A DNA stretch of 53,427 nucleotides from a virus (IMGVR_UViG_3300020045_001964:1-53427); one strand, 5' to 3'. Shown: positions 10,382 to 20,453, numbered from the stretch's first letter. Made by a program: numbers and translations. The notes: a model not told the origin generated them from the sequence alone.

Positions 10382-12476
10382 CGAATAAACTTACAGTTTC
10401 TGGTTTTTTATAATATGCAATATCGTAAAGCATTTTATTAGCTTTTTCAATATAAAAATTGTAATCTAAATCTGATGGAAATTCGTCCGGCATGTCCATG
10501 ATAGGTTTAGCTCCATCGCTATCACCTACTTTGTTTCCGTTTGTCACATAGTTGATTTGCCCGCGAACGTCTTGAGCGTAATACCATCGCGCTTCCTTGC
10601 CTAGATATACACCATCTTTGTGGGCACCTCCTGCAACCGATTTAACCACTATAAACCGATTTATATTGGTGCACTCCCTGATAGATTCCTCTATAGGTTT
10701 TTTGCTGATTAAAAAATCTTTAACTGCTTCAATGCAAACAGTTGTAACAGGATTTTTATGAAACCGGAAAATTGCTAATTCTGGATCATCCCAAGGATTT
10801 TTATAAGCTCCAATTGCTTTAGCTTTAACAATACCATTTTTATCTGGTGTTTTAATAGCAATATAGTTGTTAACGTCTTTACTATATACTGCAAGATAAT
10901 TAGTATTTTCAGTTTTAAACCCTGTATGATTTTCCCAAGATTTAATAATATCAGCTTTTAATCCTTTTAACTTTTTATTATATTTGGTAACTATGCCGTC
11001 TGTATTGGCAGATATTACTGGTATGTTATTTAATTCAAACATTTCTATAAGCATTAACAATAATAATTGACCGCTTAAAGTAACTTGAATCATTAGGTCT
11101 GGTGCGTAAATAGCTGACCATATAGAACCCAATTTGCCGAATGACCCGTTAATAACAATCTTTAAAGAATCGCTAATAACTTTCCACATTAAAGCGCCAT
11201 CTTTATCGCCATTTTTTTTGCATTTTGCAGAATTACGTTTAGCAGTTACTCGCTGTTCAACAATTGCAGCATAAACTGTTAAAAAAGCTTCAGTTAAATG
11301 TTTTGGAAAAAGTTTCAGGATTAAAATAATACGCGGGTAATAACTTTCAACATCATCATCATCAATATCTGTTTCTTCATCTGCATAATGGGCTATAGTT
11401 TTTTCACAACTATGCAAACCGCCCATACCCATTTTGTAAAGCTTATTTGCAATATTAACTTTTAAACTCCAAATACCCTTACCGTTATCAGGATCGTTTA
11501 TATCGTCTTGAACTAATTCGCCTAATCCAGCAGGCCAAAGCGGTGCACCTGATTCAGACGTAATAAATTCTGCGCGTTTAATATCCTCATAAACACTTTT
11601 TAGATAATCTGTTTGAAATTCGATAAATGGTGGTGGTATATATTTAAATGATGTGCCAGGGGGTATATTAGCTTTTTTTACTTTCTTGCCTGTTATACGT
11701 TCAATCTCTTTTGTAATAACAGCTTCTGCAATTTGTGCATCTGATTTAGACCTTAAATCCACACCATACTTTTCAGTAAGGTTATATCGTAAGTTCATTT
11801 GCTCTGATAATTCATCTAGAATTAATTCAGTAGCTGGAATATCTGAGCCTAAACAATAATTTTTTACTTCTTCAGCTTCTTCTAAAGTAAGTTCTTTATT
11901 ATGGTCGAATGGTAAATCTTGAATACGTTTTGACATTAACCGCGCCGCATACTTCTTTAAAGAACCTTGCAACGGGCACACTTCAATTAAATCTATATGA
12001 TCTATATTTGGTAGACGTAATCCAAATTCTTCACATGCCTCAAAAACTGTTAAACCTTTATGAATATCTTTTTGTGCAATAATTTTATTAGAATATTCTT
12101 TTAATCGCTCTGCGCTGTATCCGCGTAGAGATAAAAGCAACATTAGTTCATCATATTTTTTACTGTTGAAACCTATCAATTGAAAATTGAATATTACCCA
12201 ATTCAATAGATTTAGGTCCATAGTGCCCACAGGAGACACTTCAAATGTCCAATATTTCTTTAATTCTTTGCATTTGAATCCAATAAGAAAATAATTCTTA
12301 AAGCATTCAATATCCCATATCATTTTATAGCCACGTCCACCGGCAGCTATCAATTCATCAATTGTGAAATAATCAATTGGTATTGGGCTACGCTTAACGC
12401 TAGTAGTTTTTACAAACGCTTTTGGCTTTTTCGATAGCGCATTGCCATTTTCATCGGCAAAGAATTTAGGCGCCAT
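10374..12476 (-). CDS. DNA polymerase, family-B-like, with 3'-5' exonuclease
   Basis: WDIEC exo I; D.ESYYP motif A; K...NG.FGK motif B; NTDG motif C; start MAPKFF chosen at 12476 directly after the MTase stop (track start 12578 overlaps the MTase). Confidence 0.88.
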   Translation of the reverse strand: MAPKFFADENGNALSKKPKAFVKTTSVKRSPIPIDYFTIDELIAAGGRGYKMIWDIECFKNYFLIGFKCKELKKYWTFEVSPVGTMDLNLLNWVIFNFQLIGFNSKKYDELMLLLSLRGYSAERLKEYSNKIIAQKDIHKGLTVFEACEEFGLRLPNIDHIDLIEVCPLQGSLKKYAARLMSKRIQDLPFDHNKELTLEEAEEVKNYCLGSDIPATELILDELSEQMNLRYNLTEKYGVDLRSKSDAQIAEAVITKEIERITGKKVKKANIPPGTSFKYIPPPFIEFQTDYLKSVYEDIKRAEFITSESGAPLWPAGLGELVQDDINDPDNGKGIWSLKVNIANKLYKMGMGGLHSCEKTIAHYADEETDIDDDDVESYYPRIILILKLFPKHLTEAFLTVYAAIVEQRVTAKRNSAKCKKNGDKDGALMWKVISDSLKIVINGSFGKLGSIWSAIYAPDLMIQVTLSGQLLLLMLIEMFELNNIPVISANTDGIVTKYNKKLKGLKADIIKSWENHTGFKTENTNYLAVYSKDVNNYIAIKTPDKNGIVKAKAIGAYKNPWDDPELAIFRFHKNPVTTVCIEAVKDFLISKKPIEESIRECTNINRFIVVKSVAGGAHKDGVYLGKEARWYYAQDVRGQINYVTNGNKVGDSDGAKPIMDMPDEFPSDLDYNFYIEKANKMLYDIAYYKKPETVSLFDD

Positions 12477-12477
12477 A

Positions 12478-13026
12478 TCAAGGTCTAGCCAAAGGCATAT
12501 AAATAGTGTTTTCGCAAGGTGCTGTATCCCATACTGTCCATAAAACTTCCATTGTCGGGCTACCGCCTTTAGTACCAAAATGAAAGTCTGGTCGCCATGT
12601 TAATGGTAAGACTGCCATAGGTTTATGTTTATTAAATAATTTTTGACGTTTCGATGAATGCCAATATTGACTTTTTAGTAACATCGCAAAAGGTTTTTTA
12701 AAATTTATAGATTGAACTATAAAATCTTCAGCATATTTAAATGGCGGATTTGTAATTATAGCATCACAGTCTACGCAGTTTGTATTTAAATAATCTATGT
12801 CACCAATACCATAATTTTGATAATTTAATTCTGTAGATATTACATTTGCACCACATTTAATTAGTGCCTCAGACATATGACCAGCGCCGCAAGCAGGTTC
12901 CCATATTTTCATACCGGAAACTTTTAAATAATTAGCAAGTGCAATTGTTGCGTTTTCTGGCGTTGGGTAAAAATCTGTAGAATTTCTATCTATAGCACTT
13001 GCATTAGTTAATGTTATTCCATCCAT
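12478..13026 (-). CDS. DNA amino-methyltransferase (N6-adenine type), solitary
   Basis: DFYPTP, EPACGAG SAM-binding motif, NPPF catalytic motif. Confidence 0.85.
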   Translation of the reverse strand: MDGITLTNASAIDRNSTDFYPTPENATIALANYLKVSGMKIWEPACGAGHMSEALIKCGANVISTELNYQNYGIGDIDYLNTNCVDCDAIITNPPFKYAEDFIVQSINFKKPFAMLLKSQYWHSSKRQKLFNKHKPMAVLPLTWRPDFHFGTKGGSPTMEVLWTVWDTAPCENTIYMPLARP

Positions 13027-14033
13027 TAGACAATCCCCATGATTCCACCGCGCACATTTTCACCAAAAAATAAAGCAAGTTTTTTGGCATTGACATTGAA
13101 CTGGATACTGTGGGCATGTGACCTAATTAATTCCAAATAATTAGCATTAAATATTAAATCGTTTGTCAAGCCTTCAACATCATATGTTGTAGCATCATTG
13201 ATGTTAGCCGATGATGCCATTTTACCATCAATAAAGTAAACTCTATCGTTATCTAGAAAAGATTTTACAATATCTAAAGCTTCATAAAAGCCTGCCGGTA
13301 AAGGCCAGGGGTTAGCTTCAACATTTAAAATTTTGTTGTAGTCTGGATAAATACATGCAAACAATTGTGTTTTAATAAAACTATCGTCTGCAAAATAAAA
13401 CGTCGCACTATTAGAACTAAAACCAAAAGCCTTTAAGGGTTTATCAGATTTGCAAACTGCATTAGCTGAGGCTTTTGGTAATAGAATATTTGGCGGTAAA
13501 TCTATGCCGTGAAATGCTTCAATAACCACATGCCGATTTGTGGCAACTGCCGTATGCGCCTGAAGCAAGACCGCGCACAGAAAAGGCTCTGTGCCGTTGT
13601 CCTGCGCAAGCGGTACGCAGGCACGCAGCGCCGTTTTTAGGTCGTCGGTAAGTGCTGCTATAGGTGGGTCGGGTTGGATCGCTGGAAGGTCGCCAAAGGG
13701 CACGCATGGGACCAGTGCGCGGAATTTTCCAGACTTGATAGAAAGCCTACCCGAATCTAGCTCTGTGATCGAAATAGCTTCTTTACATTTAGACAATGCT
13801 TTAACCAAAGTCTGTGTATGTGGACATACATTAATATTTTCATCAATGTAATGGCCCGCTGCTAAACCGCCGTCAAAACCTATAACCGTTTTGTCAGATA
13901 TACGGCAATGCGTTTGCATTGGCGTGCCGTCTGAATGCTGTGCAACTGAAATAAATTTAAGGGCTTCTAGTAATGTAGAAGCTGGTTTATCTTTATCTAC
14001 AGCTTTGCGGGCGCGTGGTTTAGCGGTTGCCAT
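13026..14033 (-). CDS. Sliding clamp (DnaN/beta-clamp-like)
   Basis: 335 aa; AVATN.H, YPDY..I, FNA.YL, FFGE..RG.IM patterns; next to the polymerase. Confidence 0.7.
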   Translation of the reverse strand: MATAKPRARKAVDKDKPASTLLEALKFISVAQHSDGTPMQTHCRISDKTVIGFDGGLAAGHYIDENINVCPHTQTLVKALSKCKEAISITELDSGRLSIKSGKFRALVPCVPFGDLPAIQPDPPIAALTDDLKTALRACVPLAQDNGTEPFLCAVLLQAHTAVATNRHVVIEAFHGIDLPPNILLPKASANAVCKSDKPLKAFGFSSNSATFYFADDSFIKTQLFACIYPDYNKILNVEANPWPLPAGFYEALDIVKSFLDNDRVYFIDGKMASSANINDATTYDVEGLTNDLIFNANYLELIRSHAHSIQFNVNAKKLALFFGENVRGGIMGIV

Positions 14034-14380
14034 TATTTGTTATCGTCCGATTGTTTATCCAATTCCATAATTGCACGCTTTAGATAATTTGCATGGTCTA
14101 GGCATTCTTCATAACTGTGCTGGAGCCAATATCTTAAATCGCCCATATTTTCATATAAAGTAGTACCGTATTTAACTATACCCACATGAGAGCGGTTAAG
14201 TAAATCTTGTCGGACTGCTTCGACTACCGGATCGGCACATTTTTCAGTTAATTTATTATCAGCCACATGAACTAAATCAAATATACTTTTCATCCCATCT
14301 GATTTTATATTATTTTTAGCAATTACTTCTATTGACCCTAAAACATCATTATTTATTTCACTCATAATTAATCCAATCAA
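14033..14380 (-). CDS. Conserved phage protein, all-alpha NTP-pyrophosphatase-like
   Basis: G..KYG..L...WLQH..EE.LD...Y motif. Confidence 0.5.
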   Translation of the reverse strand: MIGLIMSEINNDVLGSIEVIAKNNIKSDGMKSIFDLVHVADNKLTEKCADPVVEAVRQDLLNRSHVGIVKYGTTLYENMGDLRYWLQHSYEECLDHANYLKRAIMELDKQSDDNK

Positions 14381-14577
14381 AAAGGAATATCCTGTTCATA
14401 CTCTTTACAACCACTAACTATAATATACGCTGGTGGTCGCGCTTTAAATAAATCGCAAGTTTCATCTTTTAAAAAATTGGAACAGTTTAAGCATGTTTGC
14501 CATACATAAGCTGCAACCATTTTATCCTGCAATTTGATTTTTAATTCTAATTGATTTTGTGTGTATTGATTTGACAT
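14377..14577 (-). CDS. Small Cys-rich (Zn) protein with C-terminal DIPF
   Basis: CxxC-x7-C-x14-C; ends EYEQDIPF; coupled to neighbours. Confidence 0.7.
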   Translation of the reverse strand: MSNQYTQNQLELKIKLQDKMVAAYVWQTCLNCSNFLKDETCDLFKARPPAYIIVSGCKEYEQDIPF

Positions 14578-14578
14578 A

Positions 14579-17500
14579 TTAGAATTCGTAATTCATTATT
14601 TCAGGAAATTTTAAATTAGTATGCACCATAATAGATTTGGGTACACGTAATTCTCCAGTTCGATTTAAAAATTCTTCTACTGTTGCAGGGGGTTCGTTAA
14701 CGCTATGACGTTTCCACCATTCATGGGCAATTCTACGCGGTTTTCCGGTATGTTCAAAGCACAAAAACACATTTAAAGAACGAATACCAAAAGGATAAAT
14801 TGCCTTTACACTAGGTGGACTAACGATACCTAAACCCTTATCTTTACCCTCATGCTTTACATACTGAATCGGACGTTTAATTTCTGTAGTTTCAAAAATT
14901 GGGTTTTCGTCCGGTTTCATCGGTGCATCATTAAATGCAGTAGCAAACAATTTAGTCGCAAAATTAAATTCTTCTGCACAATCGCAGCAAAATCTAGCCG
15001 ATGCGTGGTTATATTCACCACAACCTAATTTCCAATTTTTAGGGTCTTTATCTTTATTCGTTAACAGTTTGTCAGCACTGCAAATTTTAATAGGTGGTGG
15101 TTCGCCTGTTTTAGCACCGGGTTTGCGCGGCAATACCGGATCGTCAATAGGACCATTGCGGCCAATATTACCGACAAAATCAGCTATACGGCAATTCTGT
15201 TTATCAAACCAAACTCGCGTACCGCGCCCGTATTTCTGCACATGCTTACCAGGGCTGCAAGTAGGTTGAAAATCGCCAATTAAATCAATACGTGGATTGT
15301 CATAACCAGTAGTCAACATATTAGCGCCGACAATGCACCAATATTCATCATTATCGTAAGCGGCCAGACGTTTTTTATTTTCGTCTGCGCTTAATTTAGA
15401 ATGTACATAAGTAACTGACGCGCCAAATGATTCCAACATGCTCGCAATATGTTCGGCATTTTTTACACCCGCTGCAAATATCATTGCCTTGTTACGGTCG
15501 TATCCAATTTCTAAAAACTCTTTGCACGCTGAATATGTAATCTCGTCAGTGTCTACTAAATCTTCAGCTTGTTTTTGATTAAAATCGCCTGCGGTAATAG
15601 ACAAATTAGAAATGCCATTAATTACTGTCGATGTTGGTTTACCTACCAATGGGCTTAAATAGCCTTCAGCAACTAAACGTTTAAACCATTCGTGCGTACA
15701 AATATTAAAACAAATATCGCTAAATAATCCACCATCCGTAAGTGTGCCCATTTTTAAACGGTATGGGGTGGCTGTAAATCCGATTACCTTTAGATATGGG
15801 TTTATTTTAGTTAATGCTGCAATAATTTTTAAATATGCACTATCTTCATCTGAACCTAAAAGGTGGCAATTTCCAGTAATAATAACTTTACCTCCACGCC
15901 TTGTAATAATATTACCTTCTGGCATACTCACACAATAAACATCACCTGAGTATTCAATTTTTTCAGGTTTCCAAGTTTGTGTTTGAATTTCATTTATTGA
16001 TTTTGTTATAAATAATCTATAACAGTCACTGAAAGTTTCTTTTCGATTATCAACAACCATTGTCAAATTAGTTCTATATCCTGCTAAAGTGGCAACGGCT
16101 TGATAAAAATCGGCCATTTTTTTATTTACAGTCGTATATAAATAAGTATTTTCATTTGCAACGTGCCCATCCCAAAGATTCATATATTCTATAATAGACT
16201 TAGCTTTATTTAAGCTCATTGTAGTTATATTAAAATAATCAACAATCGTTTTATCTATTAATGCTGGTAAATAAACCATATATCTGAATCGCTTTTTTAC
16301 ATTACCTTTAGATTCTCTTTCATCTAATAATTTATACTTAAATTTGGTTTCTTGCATTAATAATTCAAATTCTTTTAATTTTCTATCTTTAGAAAATGTA
16401 AATGAACAAATGCACGTACCGTCGATATTTTTTCTATGTAAATTTCCGTCAGCTTGAAAACATATTGCGAATTTCTCCCAATATTCTAAATTTTCATCTT
16501 CACCACAAGCGAAACCTGCAACCGGAATTTTGCTGTAGCCATTCGATTTAACTTTATCAGCTCTTATTTTTTCATCGTTAACAATCATTTCATGACCCGG
16601 AGTCACCATAAAATTGAAATTTTTTGCAGTTTCTAATTTTAATAACCCGTCGGTAGCTGGTCGTTTTATATACTTTATAGGGTTATCAAAATTAATAATT
16701 CTACTTTTAATGTTGTATTGCGCTACTTTCTGCAAACCTAATTCGTCAAACCTTATAAATCCAGACTCTGTTAAAATTTCAGTATCTGGTGAAAAACATT
16801 CATCTACTAAAATTAAATCTCTATGGCCAAATGCATTTGAATCTTTCTCTAAAGTTTTTACTACACTTTGAACCCCACCAAAAATAATAGGCATCGTAGT
16901 ATCTCTAGCACCTAACCCTGCGCTATGAATTCCTAAAGGTGCGGTAGGCCAAAATTGCTGAAGTCTTTGCGCATTTTGTTGAATTAGTTTCCAAACATGA
17001 GTAAGCATTAATACTCGTTGATTTGGAAAATGTCTAAATACAGATTGTAAAAAGTCTGCGATTACCACAGATTTACCACTATTATGATGAACCATAAAGT
17101 CTGAAGTTAAATATAAATGATCGTCACTTATATTAAATCCATAATAGTAATCTTTTTCAACTTCTTCTATAGAAAATCCTGTAACACTCGGGTCTTTTTT
17201 CTGAAGTCTGGGTAATGCTTTTTTACGCGCAAGATGGACCGGAACGATACTAATATTACCTGAAATACAAACTCTATAGTAAGTACCGATCGCGCCAGTT
17301 TGGCAACCTTTTCGGCATTCGGATAAATTAGCTGATAAACCTAGACTTCTAGCAATAAATTGAACGTCTTTGGCCAATTGTTTTGATTTAGACACATAAT
17401 CATAAATAGAATTTTTCGACAAAGATCCGTCAGTGTCAATCAATCCAGCTAAAACATTCAATCGAGTTTCAACATCACCGAGTTTATAACAATCTGGAAT

Positions 17501-18235
17501 AAATTTATTATTTGATGTAGAACCATATAATCGAAGATTATAAATTGCCAATATTAGGCTATTATATTTTCCTTTTTCGCCAGTAATATAATAAGTAGAT
17601 GCCAAATTATTCGCTTTTGTTTCAACTCTAACTTTTAAATCAAACTGTTTAGCTAAAGAATACGCAGCCAAAGCAATTTCATTATCCATAGTAGTTAAAT
17701 TTATGGAATTCAATAAACTCCCATCGCCTAATAAACAACCGAAAATCCAAGGGTCTATAGTGCATTTTTCCTGAACTGGAAAATTAGCGGGCGCACGCCA
17801 AAGTTTTCTAGTATGTTTATACCATTTAGATTTATTTAAATAATCGGAAACTGTGATATTTTCAACATTACCTTTTATTAATCTACCTGGAATATAAAAT
17901 TCGTTAGATTTTTCTTGTGTGGTTTTTAATGATAATATATGATCGCCGTTGACAATGAACGATTCCCCTTTAATCGGAGTAATTTTAAACATTCTGCCAT
18001 ACCCGCGAATTAGTGTGTAAACAGTGCGTGATTTAAAATCAGGCCCCATCAACTTATCACCTTCGCGCACATGCTGTACGGTTTTCACCGAACCATCATA
18101 CATAAGTATTTCAGTATTTTTAGCATGACAACCTGTGGGCATACACACCAACGGATTACCCTTACCACCATTTTCAAAATAATTAAAAATGGCGTTTTTA
18201 GCGTCAGTTTGAAAATAATGTGGTGTGATTTTCAT
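14579..18235 (-). CDS. Superfamily-2 DNA helicase with two inteins (spliced product about 558 aa)
   Basis: Walker A PTG^SGKS, DE^CH, TATPYR, LTTGYD, Q..GRG.R, C-terminal Cys motifs. Confidence 0.93.
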   Translation of the reverse strand: MKITPHYFQTDAKNAIFNYFENGGKGNPLVCMPTGCHAKNTEILMYDGSVKTVQHVREGDKLMGPDFKSRTVYTLIRGYGRMFKITPIKGESFIVNGDHILSLKTTQEKSNEFYIPGRLIKGNVENITVSDYLNKSKWYKHTRKLWRAPANFPVQEKCTIDPWIFGCLLGDGSLLNSINLTTMDNEIALAAYSLAKQFDLKVRVETKANNLASTYYITGEKGKYNSLILAIYNLRLYGSTSNNKFIPDCYKLGDVETRLNVLAGLIDTDGSLSKNSIYDYVSKSKQLAKDVQFIARSLGLSANLSECRKGCQTGAIGTYYRVCISGNISIVPVHLARKKALPRLQKKDPSVTGFSIEEVEKDYYYGFNISDDHLYLTSDFMVHHNSGKSVVIADFLQSVFRHFPNQRVLMLTHVWKLIQQNAQRLQQFWPTAPLGIHSAGLGARDTTMPIIFGGVQSVVKTLEKDSNAFGHRDLILVDECFSPDTEILTESGFIRFDELGLQKVAQYNIKSRIINFDNPIKYIKRPATDGLLKLETAKNFNFMVTPGHEMIVNDEKIRADKVKSNGYSKIPVAGFACGEDENLEYWEKFAICFQADGNLHRKNIDGTCICSFTFSKDRKLKEFELLMQETKFKYKLLDERESKGNVKKRFRYMVYLPALIDKTIVDYFNITTMSLNKAKSIIEYMNLWDGHVANENTYLYTTVNKKMADFYQAVATLAGYRTNLTMVVDNRKETFSDCYRLFITKSINEIQTQTWKPEKIEYSGDVYCVSMPEGNIITRRGGKVIITGNCHLLGSDEDSAYLKIIAALTKINPYLKVIGFTATPYRLKMGTLTDGGLFSDICFNICTHEWFKRLVAEGYLSPLVGKPTSTVINGISNLSITAGDFNQKQAEDLVDTDEITYSACKEFLEIGYDRNKAMIFAAGVKNAEHIASMLESFGASVTYVHSKLSADENKKRLAAYDNDEYWCIVGANMLTTGYDNPRIDLIGDFQPTCSPGKHVQKYGRGTRVWFDKQNCRIADFVGNIGRNGPIDDPVLPRKPGAKTGEPPPIKICSADKLLTNKDKDPKNWKLGCGEYNHASARFCCDCAEEFNFATKLFATAFNDAPMKPDENPIFETTEIKRPIQYVKHEGKDKGLGIVSPPSVKAIYPFGIRSLNVFLCFEHTGKPRRIAHEWWKRHSVNEPPATVEEFLNRTGELRVPKSIMVHTNLKFPEIMNYEF
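15869..16798 (-). mobile_element. Intein 2 (310 aa), degenerate LAGLIDADG, in helicase DECH box
   Basis: Starts CFSPDTEILT, block B VTPGH, ends IITGN, followed by Cys; FQADG and LWDG remnants. Confidence 0.9.
17081..18130 (-). mobile_element. Intein 1 (350 aa) with LAGLIDADG homing endonuclease, in helicase Walker A
   Basis: Starts CHAKNTEILMYDG, ends VHHN, followed by Ser; GCLLGDG and LAGLIDTDG motifs. Confidence 0.93.
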
Positions 18236-19245
18236 TATCCCAATTCCAAGCCTGATTCAATTTCAAAACCACTAGAAACAATTTTAATTACTTTGCCCAC
18301 AGTAGTAATATCTATCCATTCAGGGCAACCATTTGGTACTTCGGCGCGGGGTATGACAGAATCCCATTTTGAACAATAAAATTCGGCGTTATCCACAGCC
18401 TGACAGTTAGAGCAACTGCGACAATTTTTAACCGCTGGTTTGTTCGCATGGCAAATATCCTTAAAATCGCACATACTTTTACATTGAAAAAATGTAGGAT
18501 TCTCACTAATTTTAGGCGGTGCGTCTTGACTGTAAATGATGGAATGTGCTTTAGCTTCCATATCTTTAGCTAATTTAAAATCTAATTTAGCAACTTCGAT
18601 ATAAAGATCATCGTCATTTTTATTAGCGCAAATATACAAAACGTGCTCTATTTTATAATCAGCACCATAAATCGAGTTTTGAATATAATGGGCGGGCTTT
18701 GCTTTAGCCATACCTTTGGACTCTAAACTATTAAATCCAGCACCAGTACCGCTAGTTTTAGATTCTAGAATTGCGTATCCATTAATTTTGTAACGCTCTG
18801 GAAACTGCACAATTCCATCTAGCGAACCGCCCAAATGCCCGCCACATTTATTTTTAATGCGTAATTGTGGGTGTGCACCGTCTGGTTTAGTTTGGGATTC
18901 GTCGTGAGTCCAAACATTAAAACCCAAACCTTTAAGCCATTCAGAATGCCGTTTTTCTTCCAAATGGCCGCGATTGAATAGGCGCTGCATACGCCCACTT
19001 TTACGGGTTGGATATACCCATCGAAACCCATACCACAAAGCCCGCTTGCATTCATCGCCTATTTTAGATGCGCCTAAATGCCATCTAAAACCATCATCGT
19101 AAATAGCCGCCGTATGCTCGTCTATTTCATCTTTAATACGACTAGATAATGATGCGCATACACCGGGTGTATTTAAATTAACTAGATTTTCGTCTTCCGA
19201 TTTTGTCGTTTTCTCTAGAGAATCGGGCTGTTCGTTTTGCTGCAT
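18235..19245 (-). CDS. Cas4-like / RecB-family PD-(D/E)XK exonuclease
   Basis: LGAS.IG..C.R.LWY, GSLDG, ESKT, Q...Y, C-terminal Cys cluster. Confidence 0.85.
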   Translation of the reverse strand: MQQNEQPDSLEKTTKSEDENLVNLNTPGVCASLSSRIKDEIDEHTAAIYDDGFRWHLGASKIGDECKRALWYGFRWVYPTRKSGRMQRLFNRGHLEEKRHSEWLKGLGFNVWTHDESQTKPDGAHPQLRIKNKCGGHLGGSLDGIVQFPERYKINGYAILESKTSGTGAGFNSLESKGMAKAKPAHYIQNSIYGADYKIEHVLYICANKNDDDLYIEVAKLDFKLAKDMEAKAHSIIYSQDAPPKISENPTFFQCKSMCDFKDICHANKPAVKNCRSCSNCQAVDNAEFYCSKWDSVIPRAEVPNGCPEWIDITTVGKVIKIVSSGFEIESGLELG

Positions 19246-19670
19246 TTTTTTTCTTTACGCCTTTTAAATTGAATGTAATCGTTTTTACTGTGGGCATTCA
19301 TAATGTCTAATGCTTGCTGTAATTTTGTCGGATTTAATAATCCTATATGACAATCAATATCTGATGGTAAATCTAATTCTTTTGCCAACCATTTGTATGC
19401 ATCATCACGACTTAAATACTTAAATTCCCATACAGGATCAAAAACTTCGTGCAATTTAGCGCGCTTGCGTCTAATTGCCGATGAAGCCATTAAGCCCATC
19501 GGGTTATTAGTATTGGGATGACAGGCAACCATTGCAGCACAATCATCACAATAATAACAATAAGGCCAATTACCGCGCTCTTTACCAAATAAAACAGAAT
19601 TGGAAGTTAAACCCATTCGGGAAGAACTACAATTATCGCATTTGGTCGGAGGTGGTAATTTATTGTGCAT
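19215..19670 (-). CDS. Zinc-finger protein (DUF3268-like)
   Basis: CxxC...CxxC.A.V.CH....PMG..A...R..R...H..FD..W...R..AY.WLA...CHIG; start placed downstream of the terminator at 19683-19711. Confidence 0.75.
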   Translation of the reverse strand: MHNKLPPPTKCDNCSSSRMGLTSNSVLFGKERGNWPYCYYCDDCAAMVACHPNTNNPMGLMASSAIRRKRAKLHEVFDPVWEFKYLSRDDAYKWLAKELDLPSDIDCHIGLLNPTKLQQALDIMNAHSKNDYIQFKRRKEKKCSKTNSPIL

Positions 19671-19682
19671 ATTCAGATAATA

Positions 19683-19711
19683 AAATACCCCGATATTTCT
19701 ACCGGGGCTTT
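19683..19711 (-). terminator. Intrinsic terminator after ssb
   Basis: Minus strand CCCCGGTAGAAATATCGGGG followed by TATTTTATT. Confidence 0.6.
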
Positions 19712-19718
19712 CCATTAA

Positions 19719-20393
19719 TTAACGCTTACCCCATGCAGGTTGACCGCCTGCCGCTGGTGCCTGCTGGGACCATCCTGCCGCTGGTGCTGGTGCAGGGGCT
19801 TGTGCGGGCGCTGGTGCCTGTTGTGCTGGCTGTTGGCCCCATTGCTGTGCAGCTGGCGCTTGCGCGGCCTGTGCGGTAGGTGCTGCCCATTGTTGCGTCG
19901 CCGCTGGCTGTTGCTGTGCCGGTGCAGCCTGACCGCCAGATTTGCCGGGTTCGTTACCGGCCATATCGTAAACTTTATTTACTTGCGTAAACGGGTTTAC
20001 AGTTTCACCTGCATCTTTTTTCGTCTTTTGATCGGGTGTCAAAGGTTGTTCTTTAACTTCGACCACAAACGGAATACCATGCAGTTGTGCAGTATCAGTA
20101 ACCAAAAACACACCAGTCACATGGCAAAGCGCAGACATTTGCGATTCTGCAATTTGACGGGCTTTATCGCTTGCATTGTAGAGATTAACGCGATGCAAGC
20201 CTGTAGCACCTGCGAATGGGCTACCGGGAATTGCAAGCAGTTCAAACACCACCATACCGCCATCGCCAGCAGAAGTAGGCTTAATTTCAGACGCGGTAAT
20301 AACTACTGGATATTTACCGACTGGTAATTGTGAAAATCCGCTACCTTGGGTGGGGTCAATAGCGTTTGCGTTAAATTGTTGTTGCAGTTGCAT
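19719..20393 (-). CDS. ssDNA-binding protein (DUF669-like) with Ala/Gln/Pro-rich tail
   Basis: LP.G.Y...I...E.K, NL.N....A..IA motifs; synteny with Sak4 and Cas4. Confidence 0.75.
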   Translation of the reverse strand: MQLQQQFNANAIDPTQGSGFSQLPVGKYPVVITASEIKPTSAGDGGMVVFELLAIPGSPFAGATGLHRVNLYNASDKARQIAESQMSALCHVTGVFLVTDTAQLHGIPFVVEVKEQPLTPDQKTKKDAGETVNPFTQVNKVYDMAGNEPGKSGGQAAPAQQQPAATQQWAAPTAQAAQAPAAQQWGQQPAQQAPAPAQAPAPAPAAGWSQQAPAAGGQPAWGKR

Positions 20394-20453
20394 TTAAAGT
20401 TCCTTGATTTGCCCACAGTTAACCGCCTGTGAGGCTATGCGGATAAAGCCAGA

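Noticed and set aside
18235-19245. Cas4 as part of a CRISPR system
   Set aside because: Solo Cas4-like nuclease in a Sak4/SSB recombination module, common in phages
19740-20327. 195-aa Cys/Trp/Arg-rich plus-strand ORF
   Set aside because: Antisense shadow of the Ala/Gln/Pro-rich ssb gene
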